From Rickettsiales bacterium (GTDB taxonomy: Bacteria; Pseudomonadota; Alphaproteobacteria; Rickettsiales; UBA3002): a DNA stretch of 64,000 nt. Positions 37,197 through 45,925 of this stretch are shown piece by piece (the stretch's first letter is position 1; every line of letters begins with the position of its first letter). Below the pieces are notes generated by a model. It saw only the letters and a list, made by a program, of their open reading frames with translations, did no database searches and was not told where the DNA came from. The stretch is from contig JBIIEL010000006.1 in NCBI GenBank assembly GCA_044237845.1, forward strand, positions 4,124-68,123, read 5' to 3'. The position numbers and the translations under genes were made by a program.

Positions 37197-37586
37197 GTGA
37201 AAAAAACCGATGCGTACAGCGAGAAAGCCGGCGATTTCCTCAAGCAATGGCAGGATCAGATGAGCCGCCAGATGCGCGACCCGGATGTCATCCGCACCCT
37301 GCTCGCCGCCATGCAATCCTTTGGAGTGCCACCCCATGATGAAAATGCCCGACAGCCTGCCGCTGCACCTGATGCTCGCGATGATGCAATCCGGGCAATG
37401 GCCAAACGGCTCGACGCCGTGGAGCGCCAACTTGCACAACTTCTTTCCGTGGCTGCCAAAGCCAAAAAGCCCGCTCGAACAGCTCAGCGACGCAGCGCTA
37501 AGCCAGTGGCAACAGTTAAGCGAACCGTGGCTAAACGCAAACCAGGAGTGGCTAAAAAACCTAAGCCCGCCCCCAAGCGTCGCTGA
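37197..37586 (+). CDS. possible small coiled-coil protein with Lys/Pro/Ala-rich basic tail (PHA-granule-associated?); overlaps the phaC-like gene out of frame
   Basis: GTG start preceded by GAGGA plus 6 nt. The N-terminal 45 aa look coding. The C-terminal part overlaps the phaC-like frame by about 250 nt, so it is uncertain. Confidence 0.4.
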   Translation: MKKTDAYSEKAGDFLKQWQDQMSRQMRDPDVIRTLLAAMQSFGVPPHDENARQPAAAPDARDDAIRAMAKRLDAVERQLAQLLSVAAKAKKPARTAQRRSAKPVATVKRTVAKRKPGVAKKPKPAPKRR

Positions 37587-38640
37587 AAATAACACCGAGT
37601 TCTTTGACCCCGCTTTCGTGAGCGCGCTTGGTACAGAGGTCTTCAACCAGACCACCGGTTTCTGGCAGGGGTTGCAGGCCTATCTCGCCAGCGACTACCA
37701 GCGCCCGGAAAAAGAATATGACGTGCTCTGGCAGCGCGGCAGCGCGCAACTGCTCGACCTCTCCCCCACGCGACGCGACGCAGTGGCGGTGCTCTGCATC
37801 CCCTCCCTCATCAACAAATCTACCATTCTCGATTTGTACCCCGAGGCCAGTTTTGTGGAATATCTAAAGAGCCAAGGGCTACGCCCGCTCATTCTCGATT
37901 GGGGCACACCGGGCGAGGACGAACGCGATTTCAGCACGGCGGATTACATCACCGTCTATGCCCTGAACGCCCTACAAACCCTGCGTGAGGAGCATGACGG
38001 CCCCATCGTGCTGCTGGGCTATTGCATGGGCGGTATTTTCAGCGTGGCCATGGCGCAGCTCGCCGGGTTGTTTGTGGATGCGATGGTGCTACTCGCCACC
38101 CCGTGGGATTTCGCGGCGAAAGACACCCCTCGCCCGCTGCTCGATCCCGCCACGCAGTTGCTGATGCGGCAATGGATCACCACCACCAACCCGGTGCCGC
38201 CGATGGTGACGCAGACCTTGTTCCACCTTATCGACCCGTGGCGGATTCAGGAAAAATACCAGCGCTACCCCAGCCTCAACGAGGCGGAGCGACGCCATTT
38301 CCTCGCCGTGGAGCAATGGGTGAACGACGGTGTGCCACTCACACAAGCCGTGGCGGGCGAGTGTTTTGTTGATTGGCCGCAGGGAAATATCCTTAGCCAG
38401 CATCAATGGAAAATCGGCCGCAAATGGATCGATCCGGAGAGCATTAAAACCCCCACCCTCGCCGTCATCCCCACGCGCGACCTGATTGTGCCGCAAGGCT
38501 GCGCACTGCCGCTGGCCGAGCAGCTCCCCCGCTGCGACGTCATCACTCCCGACACCGGCCATGTCAGCATGGTCATCGGCCGCCGCGCCAAAGCACTGAT
38601 GTGGGAACCGGTGGTGCAGTGGATTACGCAACGCTTCTAA
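37336..38640 (+). CDS. phaC: PHA synthase-like alpha/beta hydrolase (class III/IV PhaC type, lipase box GYCMGG)
   Basis: Lipase-box Cys (LLGYCMGGIF), a C-terminal His (PDTGHVSMV), and position next to phaR, phaA and phaB. ATG 37336 is preceded by GGAG. Confidence 0.65.
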   Translation: MMKMPDSLPLHLMLAMMQSGQWPNGSTPWSANLHNFFPWLPKPKSPLEQLSDAALSQWQQLSEPWLNANQEWLKNLSPPPSVAENNTEFFDPAFVSALGTEVFNQTTGFWQGLQAYLASDYQRPEKEYDVLWQRGSAQLLDLSPTRRDAVAVLCIPSLINKSTILDLYPEASFVEYLKSQGLRPLILDWGTPGEDERDFSTADYITVYALNALQTLREEHDGPIVLLGYCMGGIFSVAMAQLAGLFVDAMVLLATPWDFAAKDTPRPLLDPATQLLMRQWITTTNPVPPMVTQTLFHLIDPWRIQEKYQRYPSLNEAERRHFLAVEQWVNDGVPLTQAVAGECFVDWPQGNILSQHQWKIGRKWIDPESIKTPTLAVIPTRDLIVPQGCALPLAEQLPRCDVITPDTGHVSMVIGRRAKALMWEPVVQWITQRF

Positions 38641-38712
38641 ACACACTAGACAACCGCCGCACGAAAATTTACAACACATGCCTAATGCGATTAACCCCAA
38701 GGAGAACTCACA

Positions 38713-39897
38713 ATGGCCGACAAAAATGATATCGTGATTGTGGATGCCGTACGTACCGCGATTGGTAACTTCAGCGGCGGGTTGTCGTCGTTCAGCGGGG
38801 CGCAGCTGGGCGCGGAGGTGATTAAATCGCTCCTCACCCGCAACCACATTCAGGCGGGCGACGTGGATGAGGTGATTCTCGGCCAAGTGCTCACCGCCAC
38901 GGTCGGCCAGAACCCGGCACGCCAGGCGGCGATTCATGGCGGCCTCGCGGTTGATTCTACCGCGATGACCATCAATCAGGTCTGCGGCTCCGGCCTTCGC
39001 GCGGTGGCGGAGGGGATGAAATCCATCCGCAATGGTGACGCGACGATTGTGATCGCGGGCGGGCAGGAATCCATGACCCAAGCGCCACACGCGATGCAGC
39101 TGCGCGCAGGCGTGAAAATGGGCAATGGCAGCATGATCGACACGATGATCACCGACGGGCTGTGGGAGTCGTTCAACCACTACCATATGGGCATCACCGC
39201 GGAAAACGTGGCGCAACAATTCCAAATCACGCGCGAAGACCAAGATAAATTCGCCGCGAACAGCCAAGCCAAAGCCGTGAAAGCCATGGCCGACGGTAAG
39301 TTCAGTGCCGAGATTATTCCGCTCACCATCAAAAGCAAAAAGGGCGATACGGTGGTAGAAAAAGACGAATTCCCCCGCGCGGATACCACCGCAGAATCCC
39401 TCAGCAAACTGCGCCCGGCATTCAAGTCGGATGGCTCGGTCACCGCGGGCAATGCGTCCGGCATCAATGACGGCGCAGCCGCCGTGCTGCTGATGACGCG
39501 CGGCGAAGCCGAGAAGCGGGGACTTCGTCCCTTGGCAGTTATTAAGTCTTGGGCAACGGCGGGTGTTGACCCCACCATCATGGGCACCGGCCCCATCCCC
39601 GCCTCGAAAAAGGCGCTCGCCAAAGCGGGTTGGAGCGTGGGCGACCTCGACCTCATCGAAGCGAACGAAGCCTTTGCTGCGCAAGCCATCGCCGTCAACC
39701 GCGAGATGGGTTGGGACGTAAGCAAAGTGAACGTCAACGGCGGCGCGATTGCGCTGGGCCACCCCATTGGCGCCTCGGGCGCGCGGGTGCTCACCACGCT
39801 GCTGCACGAAATGAAACGCAGCAATGCGAAAAAAGGCCTCGCCACCCTGTGTATCGGCGGCGGCATGGGCATCGCAATGTGTGTAGAAGCAGCATAA
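38713..39897 (+). CDS. phaA: acetyl-CoA C-acetyltransferase (beta-ketothiolase)
   Basis: Thiolase motifs INQVCGSGLRAV, NVNGGAIALGHPIGASG, CIGGGMG. Confidence 0.95.
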   Translation: MADKNDIVIVDAVRTAIGNFSGGLSSFSGAQLGAEVIKSLLTRNHIQAGDVDEVILGQVLTATVGQNPARQAAIHGGLAVDSTAMTINQVCGSGLRAVAEGMKSIRNGDATIVIAGGQESMTQAPHAMQLRAGVKMGNGSMIDTMITDGLWESFNHYHMGITAENVAQQFQITREDQDKFAANSQAKAVKAMADGKFSAEIIPLTIKSKKGDTVVEKDEFPRADTTAESLSKLRPAFKSDGSVTAGNASGINDGAAAVLLMTRGEAEKRGLRPLAVIKSWATAGVDPTIMGTGPIPASKKALAKAGWSVGDLDLIEANEAFAAQAIAVNREMGWDVSKVNVNGGAIALGHPIGASGARVLTTLLHEMKRSNAKKGLATLCIGGGMGIAMCVEAA

Positions 39898-39909
39898 AGG
39901 GAGAGCATC

Positions 39910-40641
39910 ATGGCTATGAAGAATCGTATTGCACTGGTTACCGGCGGCACCCGTGGCATTGGCCGCGCGATTGCGACCGACCTCAAAAAAGCAGGCTGCA
40001 AAGTGGTGGCTAGCTATCACGGGAATGAGGAAGCGGCTCAGGCTTTCAAAAAAGAAACCGGCATCGAAGTCATGCGCTTCGACGTGGCGGATTTTGAGCA
40101 GTGCCAGCACGCTGTGCGCCGCATCGAGAGCGAGATCGGGCCGGTTGATATTCTCATCAACAACGCAGGGATCACGCGCGACGGGTTCATGCATAAAATG
40201 GGTGAAGAGAGCTGGGACGCCGTGCTCGATACCAACCTCAAATCCTGCTTCAACATGTGCCGCGCGGTGATCGAGAGCATGCGCAGCCGCGCCTATGGCC
40301 GCATTGTCAGCATCAGCTCCATCAACGGCCAGACGGGGCAAATGGGGCAGACCAACTACGCCGCAGCGAAAGCAGGTGTGTTTGGCTTCACTAAATCCCT
40401 CGCGCGGGAATGTGCGAATAAAGGCATCACCGTGAATGCAGTCGCGCCCGGTTACATCAACACAGAAATGGTGGCCGCAGTGAACCCAGAAGTGCTGAAG
40501 GGTATCGTGTCGAAAATCCCGGTTGGGCGCTTAGGCGAAGCGTCTGAAATCGCGCGTGCCGTATGCTTTTTGGCGGACGACTCTGCTGGATTCATCACCG
40601 GCGAGACGCTTTCCATCAACGGCGGCCAGCATATGGAGTAG
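39910..40641 (+). CDS. phaB: acetoacetyl-CoA reductase
   Basis: SDR motifs VTGGTRGIG and YAAAKAG. Immediately downstream of phaA. Confidence 0.9.
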   Translation: MAMKNRIALVTGGTRGIGRAIATDLKKAGCKVVASYHGNEEAAQAFKKETGIEVMRFDVADFEQCQHAVRRIESEIGPVDILINNAGITRDGFMHKMGEESWDAVLDTNLKSCFNMCRAVIESMRSRAYGRIVSISSINGQTGQMGQTNYAAAKAGVFGFTKSLARECANKGITVNAVAPGYINTEMVAAVNPEVLKGIVSKIPVGRLGEASEIARAVCFLADDSAGFITGETLSINGGQHME

Positions 40642-40646
40642 TGCTG

Positions 40647-41132
40647 CTAGCGCATAATCGCCTGTTGTCTACTCGCGATATGGTTTAGCATCGCGCTTGC
40701 AAATTGGAGATTGGCGCTTTCAGGCTCATTTTCGAGCGCTTTCTGAACACGTTTTTTGAGCAAGTTAAAATCCTCCTCAGAGATAGTGTTTGCTGAGCCC
40801 ACAGCTTTCGCGCAAGTCGCTGCATGGCCTAGCGCAGAGTTGCGGACGTACAGCTTCTGTGCACTCTGCAGAAAATCAGTGAGTATCTGAAGTTCTGTTC
40901 TATTATCTTTGGGATCCCAAGCCTTACCTTTTACCGTGAGCAATTGCGCTCTTAGCACCCCAAACTCCGGAGCCTGGATAGTCTCACGAAAAGGCCCAGG
41001 CATAAACTGCACGTGCGGTTGTAGTTTACCTTCGGGTGTAGAGGGGCCCTGAACCTTGGTATTCATGGGCGTCATGCCCAAAAGGGTCGGGTTCATTTCA
41101 GTATTCACGCCGCGCTGATGTAGCTTTCCCAT
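40647..41132 (-). CDS. hypothetical soluble protein (orphan, 161 aa)
   Basis: ORF track. AGGTAGGAG lies upstream of the ATG, and a near-canonical Pho box lies 50 nt upstream. Confidence 0.6.
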   Translation of the reverse strand: MGKLHQRGVNTEMNPTLLGMTPMNTKVQGPSTPEGKLQPHVQFMPGPFRETIQAPEFGVLRAQLLTVKGKAWDPKDNRTELQILTDFLQSAQKLYVRNSALGHAATCAKAVGSANTISEEDFNLLKKRVQKALENEPESANLQFASAMLNHIASRQQAIMR

Positions 41133-41181
41133 CCAAGACTCCTACCTTCTTTGTGTGAGGTAATAGCCCTGTTCTATCATC

Positions 41182-41204
41182 GAATGATGACAGTTTGATG
41201 ACAA
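41182..41204 (-). promoter_or_regulatory. near-canonical Pho box TTGTCATcaaaCTGTCATcattc
   Basis: Minus-strand reading. Two TGTCAT hexamers lie 11 bp apart, to be compared with the E. coli consensus CTGTCATA(A/T)A(A/T)CTGTCA(C/T). Confidence 0.6.
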
Positions 41205-41215
41205 TCAGAGAGAAA

Positions 41216-41404
41216 CTAGGCGTCGTGATGCTGAAGCACCAAGGTGTTGGGCTTTGCCATGGTCATTTTGATGTGGTTGGTACGCTTTTGCAGGGGCGTG
41301 CTCTCATCATCATACCACACATGGCTGATGGTGCCGGTCGAAAGAGCGGCATATTTCACGGCTTGCGGGCGGTTGCCGGTATTCTTATTTACACGAATCA
41401 ACAT
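41216..41404 (-). CDS. small hypothetical protein (62 aa)
   Basis: ORF track. Strong RBS AAGGAAAGGA 8 nt upstream of the ATG. A CtrA box lies about 45 nt upstream. Confidence 0.5.
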   Translation of the reverse strand: MLIRVNKNTGNRPQAVKYAALSTGTISHVWYDDESTPLQKRTNHIKMTMAKPNTLVLQHHDA

Positions 41405-41446
41405 AGTAAAATCCTTTCCTTGTTGGTTTTACCGTACCACACAAGG

Positions 41447-41463
41447 GTTAATACTTGATTAAC
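41447..41463. promoter_or_regulatory. full CtrA-type box GTTAA-N7-TTAAC
   Basis: gTTAAtacttgaTTAAc read directly. It is symmetric, so it matches TTAA-N7-TTAAC on both strands. Confidence 0.5.
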
Positions 41464-41647
41464 GGCCAAAAGATTTTAGCCGTTCGGTTCAATAGGGGTT
41501 AAAAATTGGGGTTTTGGAACGCCGGGCGTTATCGCCTCTGCGTTGGCCTATGAGGCATTTTCAGTCCACCAACAAGCATTTTAGCCACAAGAAGTGGCGC
41601 TATTGCCACAAATTATTCGTACAGTTGTATTTTTAACACATTTCTTG

Positions 41648-43222
41648 CTAAAAATGAAGGAGAATAGCCTTTTTGACACCGGGCAGCTTGGCAATCTTCG
41701 TCAGAAGCGCAGCATCCACCGCCTCATCCACCTCAATCAGTGCGACTGCGTGAGTAGCATCCTTATTCCGCCCGAGATGGAAGTTGGCGATATTCACTTT
41801 CGCCTCGCCAAGGATTTGCCCCACACCGCCAATGAGGCCGGGCTTATCTTCGTTCGCCACATAGAGCATACGGCTGCCGAGCGATGCTTCGAGCAGCACA
41901 TCACCAAGCGCCACAACGCGTGGCTTGTCACCAAACAGCGTACCGCTGATGGCAAAGCTGCCACCGTCGAACGCCAGCACCACCCGCATCAGCGTTTTGT
42001 AGTGCGCGGTGCGATCGTGGCTGATTTCGCTGACATCGATATTGCGCTCCTTCGCCACCACCGGTGCATTCACCATGTTCACGCCTTCCATCAGCGGCGC
42101 GAGGATGCCGTTGAGCACCGCCGCCGTCAGCGGCTTGGTGTTGAGCTCGGTAACCTTGCCTTCATATTCAATCGTCACCTTGGTAATGCCGCCCGTCGTC
42201 ATTTGCCCGGCGAAGCCGCCGAGGCGCGAAGCAAGGTTGAAATAGGGTTTTAAGCGCGCTGCGTCCTCCGCCGATACGCTCGGCATGTTGAGTGCGTTGG
42301 TCACAGTGCCGACGGTGAGATATTCCGCCATTTGCTCAGCCACCTGAATGGCCACGTTTTCCTGCGCCTCGCCGGTGGATGCACCGAGATGCGGCGTTGC
42401 TACCACCTGCTCCATACCGAACAGCGGATTATTCGTCGCTGGCTCTTCTTCAAACACATCGAGCGCGGCACCCGCCACTTGGCCGGATTCAATCGCGGCC
42501 TTGAGATCCGCCTCCACAATCAGACCGCCACGCGCGCAGTTGATAATCCGCACGCCCTTCTTGGTTTTGGCGAGGCTGTCTTTGTTGAGCAGGTTGCGCG
42601 TCGCGTCGGTCAGCGGCGTATGCATTGAGATAAAATCCGCGCGGGCGAGCAGTGCATCAAGCTCCATCTTTTCTACGTTCAGCGCCACAGCGCGCTCGGC
42701 CGAAAGGAATGGGTCGAACGCAACCACTTTCATTTTTAGCCCCTGCGCACGATCCGCCACGATGGAGCCAATATTGCCACAGCCGATGAGGCCGAGCGTT
42801 TTTCCTGCCAGCTCCACGCCCATGAATTTATTTTTTTCCCACTTACCCGCATGGGTGCTCGCACTCGCTGCCGGAATCTGCCGCGCCAGCGCCATCATCA
42901 ACGAAATAGCGTGCTCCGCAGTCGTGACCGAGTTACCAAACGGCGTATTCATCACCACCACGCCGTGGCTGGTGGCGGCCTTCACGTCGACGTTATCAAC
43001 CCCGATACCGGCGCGCCCTACTACCCTCAACTTCTTCGCTGCAGCAAGCACCGTCGCAGTGACTTTTGTCGCCGAACGGATCGCCAGCCCGTCATACTCG
43101 CCAATAATCTCGAGCAGTTGCTCTTCGGAGAGCCCGGTTTTTTGGTCGACCTCGATCCCGCGCGATTTAAAAATCTCAACCGCTTGTGGGCTGAGTTTAT
43201 CGGATATCAGAACTTTTGGCAT
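41648..43222 (-). CDS. serA: D-3-phosphoglycerate dehydrogenase (long form with ASB and ACT domains)
   Basis: GLIGCGNIGS NAD motif, 524 aa with a C-terminal ACT domain. Confidence 0.9.
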   Translation of the reverse strand: MPKVLISDKLSPQAVEIFKSRGIEVDQKTGLSEEQLLEIIGEYDGLAIRSATKVTATVLAAAKKLRVVGRAGIGVDNVDVKAATSHGVVVMNTPFGNSVTTAEHAISLMMALARQIPAASASTHAGKWEKNKFMGVELAGKTLGLIGCGNIGSIVADRAQGLKMKVVAFDPFLSAERAVALNVEKMELDALLARADFISMHTPLTDATRNLLNKDSLAKTKKGVRIINCARGGLIVEADLKAAIESGQVAGAALDVFEEEPATNNPLFGMEQVVATPHLGASTGEAQENVAIQVAEQMAEYLTVGTVTNALNMPSVSAEDAARLKPYFNLASRLGGFAGQMTTGGITKVTIEYEGKVTELNTKPLTAAVLNGILAPLMEGVNMVNAPVVAKERNIDVSEISHDRTAHYKTLMRVVLAFDGGSFAISGTLFGDKPRVVALGDVLLEASLGSRMLYVANEDKPGLIGGVGQILGEAKVNIANFHLGRNKDATHAVALIEVDEAVDAALLTKIAKLPGVKKAILLHF

Positions 43223-43263
43223 AGGAACCCCATAATGCGGGACGAAGAGTTAACAGATCAGCG

Positions 43264-43794
43264 CTAGTGCTTGTTTGGCACAACCACCATCATCACCTGA
43301 CGGCCTTCCATTTTGGGCTCGTGCTCGACCTTAATTTTGTTGGCCAGCGTTTCACGCACCTTGTTCAGCACGGCCATGCCGAGCTCCTGGTGTGCCATTT
43401 CACGGCCACGGAAGCGCAACGTAATTTTCACCTTGTCACCATCCGCCAGAAACTTCTCGACCTGACGCAGTTTGATGTCGAGGTCATGCTGGCCGATGCC
43501 GGGACGCAGCTTAATTTCTTTGATTTGGATGACTTTTTGTTTTTTCCGTGCTTCCTGAAATTTTTTCTGCTCCGCGAAACGGAACTTCCCGTAATCGAGC
43601 AGTTTACAAACCGGCGGTTCCGCATCCGGCGAGATTTCGACGAGGTCAAGCCCCGCTGCTTCCGCTGCTTTCAGCCCCTCAGCCACGCTGGTAACGCCGA
43701 TCATTTCCGAGTTAGCCCCAATGAGGCGGATTTTATCCGCAACAATTTCGCGATTCACGCGTGGCTCTTTGCCGCGCTTTTCCTTAAGACTCAT
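43264..43794 (-). CDS. infC: translation initiation factor IF-3
   Basis: RVNREIVADKIRLIG...VEISPDAEPPVCKLLDYGKFRF. Directly downstream of thrS. Confidence 0.9.
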   Translation of the reverse strand: MSLKEKRGKEPRVNREIVADKIRLIGANSEMIGVTSVAEGLKAAEAAGLDLVEISPDAEPPVCKLLDYGKFRFAEQKKFQEARKKQKVIQIKEIKLRPGIGQHDLDIKLRQVEKFLADGDKVKITLRFRGREMAHQELGMAVLNKVRETLANKIKVEHEPKMEGRQVMMVVVPNKH

Positions 43795-43827
43795 AGGGTG
43801 CCGTCATCGGTAGTTATCTCCAGTAGG

Positions 43828-45858
43828 TTATGCCGCCGACATCGTCGGGGTCGCACATTCCTTTACAAGGGTTGCGAGTGCGGCGTCAAGCGCCAGTGTT
43901 TGCTGCCCCTCGCTGCCGAGCGTGCGCAGCGCCACCGTACGCTGCTCCGACTCACGGCCACCGACAGCGATAATGAACGGCACTTTTTGCAGCGAATGAT
44001 CACGCACCTTAAAGTTGATTTTCTCCGCCCGCGTGTCCGTTTCAACACGGATTCCCGAGGCTTTTAGCAGGTTTGCCACTTCCTGCGCATAGGCGTCATG
44101 GTCGTTGGTGATGCTGCAGACGACCACTTGGCGGGGTGACAACCAATGCGGAAGTTTGCCCGCATAATGCTCGATGAGGGTGCCTATAAACCGTTCATAT
44201 GAGCCAAAAATCGCGCGGTGAAGCATGACGGGGCGGTGTTTTTCACCGTCCTCGCCCACATAACTGGCATCGAGCCGCTCCGGAAGCACGCGGTCAGATT
44301 GAATTGTGCCCACCTGCCAAGTGCGGCCGATTGCATCCGTCAGATGCCATTCGAGTTTAGGGGCGTAGAACGCGCCCTCACCTGGCAGCTCCTCAAAGCC
44401 ATGCGCTTTATCAAGCCCTGCCTGTAGCACCGCAGAGCGCAGTTCATTTTCGGCCTTCTCCCACATTTCATCCGTGCCGAAGCGCTTTTTAGGGCGTAAG
44501 GCGAGCTTAATCGTATAATTGGTAAAGCCGAGGTCTTTATAAACACGGTCGGCCAGCTCACAGAAACTACGCACTTCATCAACAACCTGATCTTCACGGC
44601 AGAAAATATGGGCGTCGTCTTGCGTAAACTGGCGCACACGCATGAGGCCGTGCAGCGCGCCATGCGGCTCGTTACGATGGCAGCAGCCGTTTTCGTAAAT
44701 GCGCAGCGGCAAATCACGATAACTCTTGATGCCTTGCTTAAAAATGAGGATATGCGCCGGGCAATTCATGGGTTTCAGCGCCATCCACTCGGCTTTGTCT
44801 GAAACAATTGGCCCCTCGTCGGTCGTGTTGGGTGCTTCGTCGGGGATAACAAACATATTCTCGCGGTATTTTCCCCAGTGGCCAGATTGCTCCCATTGCT
44901 TCGCATCGATCACCTGCGGCGTTTTCACTTCGCGATAGTCCGCGGCATCAATCGCGCGGCGCATATAGGCTTCCAGCTCGCGCCAAATAATATAGCCGTT
45001 CGGATGCCAGAATACACTGCCATGCGCTTCCTGCTGCAAATGAAATAAATCCAGTTCGCGTGCCAGCTTGCGGTGGTCGCGCTTTTCGGCTTCTTCCAGC
45101 ATCGTCAGGTGCGCTTTCAGCTCCTTCTCGTTCGCGAAAGCGAGGCCGTAAATACGCTGGAGCATTTTATTTTTCGCATCACCACGCCAGTAAGCGCCGG
45201 AGATACGCGTGAGCGTGAACGCCGCCGTAATCTTGCTAAAATGTGGCACATGCGGACCACGACAGAGATCGACAAATGCGTCGTCCCCCTCGCCCTGACG
45301 ATAAAGCGAAATCTTGCCGCGCTCAGTGGTGTCATCCTCCGGCGCGCTGCGGATCAGCTCGGCCTTATACCCCTCCCCGCGCTTCTCGAACATCGCGATG
45401 GCATCGGCTCGGTTCCACATTTCCCGCAGCACAGGCTGCGCCTGCTGTAAAATTTCTCTCATGACTTTTTCGATTTTCGGCAAATCGTCTGGCGTCAGCG
45501 GAGTTTCCAGCTCCACATCATAATAGAAGCCGTGCTCGATGGTGGGACCAATGGCGAGCTTGGCGCTGGGGTAGAGCGTTTTCACCGCCCGTGCGAGCAA
45601 CTGCGCGGTGATAGTGTGGCGCATGATATCCAGCCCCTCAGTGTCCTTCGCGGTGAGAATCTGGAAACGGCAATTCTCCGTCAACGGCAGGTAAAGATCA
45701 CGCTGCACACCATCCACCTTCATGGCGAGTGCGGCCTTGGCCAGCCCCGCACCGATGCTGGCCGCCACCTGTTCGCCCGTGGTGCCGGCGGGGTATTCCC
45801 GCGTGGTGCCATCGGGCAAGGTCAGGGTGATCAGTTTTTCAGCCGGTTGCGCAGACAT
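43828..45858 (-). CDS. thrS: threonine--tRNA ligase
   Basis: TGS domain, second additional domain, class II core (HRNEPHGALHGLMRVRQFTQDDAH) and anticodon-binding domain. Confidence 0.95.
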   Translation of the reverse strand: MSAQPAEKLITLTLPDGTTREYPAGTTGEQVAASIGAGLAKAALAMKVDGVQRDLYLPLTENCRFQILTAKDTEGLDIMRHTITAQLLARAVKTLYPSAKLAIGPTIEHGFYYDVELETPLTPDDLPKIEKVMREILQQAQPVLREMWNRADAIAMFEKRGEGYKAELIRSAPEDDTTERGKISLYRQGEGDDAFVDLCRGPHVPHFSKITAAFTLTRISGAYWRGDAKNKMLQRIYGLAFANEKELKAHLTMLEEAEKRDHRKLARELDLFHLQQEAHGSVFWHPNGYIIWRELEAYMRRAIDAADYREVKTPQVIDAKQWEQSGHWGKYRENMFVIPDEAPNTTDEGPIVSDKAEWMALKPMNCPAHILIFKQGIKSYRDLPLRIYENGCCHRNEPHGALHGLMRVRQFTQDDAHIFCREDQVVDEVRSFCELADRVYKDLGFTNYTIKLALRPKKRFGTDEMWEKAENELRSAVLQAGLDKAHGFEELPGEGAFYAPKLEWHLTDAIGRTWQVGTIQSDRVLPERLDASYVGEDGEKHRPVMLHRAIFGSYERFIGTLIEHYAGKLPHWLSPRQVVVCSITNDHDAYAQEVANLLKASGIRVETDTRAEKINFKVRDHSLQKVPFIIAVGGRESEQRTVALRTLGSEGQQTLALDAALATLVKECATPTMSAA

Positions 45859-45925
45859 AGAGACTCCAAAAATGAGGGCTGAACTTTACGCGTTGGCAGC
45901 GCGCTGTCAAGCAATGCGCGTGGAT

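Noticed and set aside
38089-40341. 750-aa ORF on the minus strand spanning phaC, phaA and phaB
   Set aside because: It is antisense to three genes with unambiguous homology. Its product is Arg/Ala/Gly/His-rich low complexity, typical of spurious antisense frames in GC-rich DNA.
43795-43827. Possible non-canonical (AUU) start or regulatory uORF for infC
   Set aside because: The in-frame region upstream of ATG 43794 is closed by a TGA after 3 codons, so a normal ATG start is the simplest reading. The 7-codon out-of-frame uORF has no support beyond its existence.
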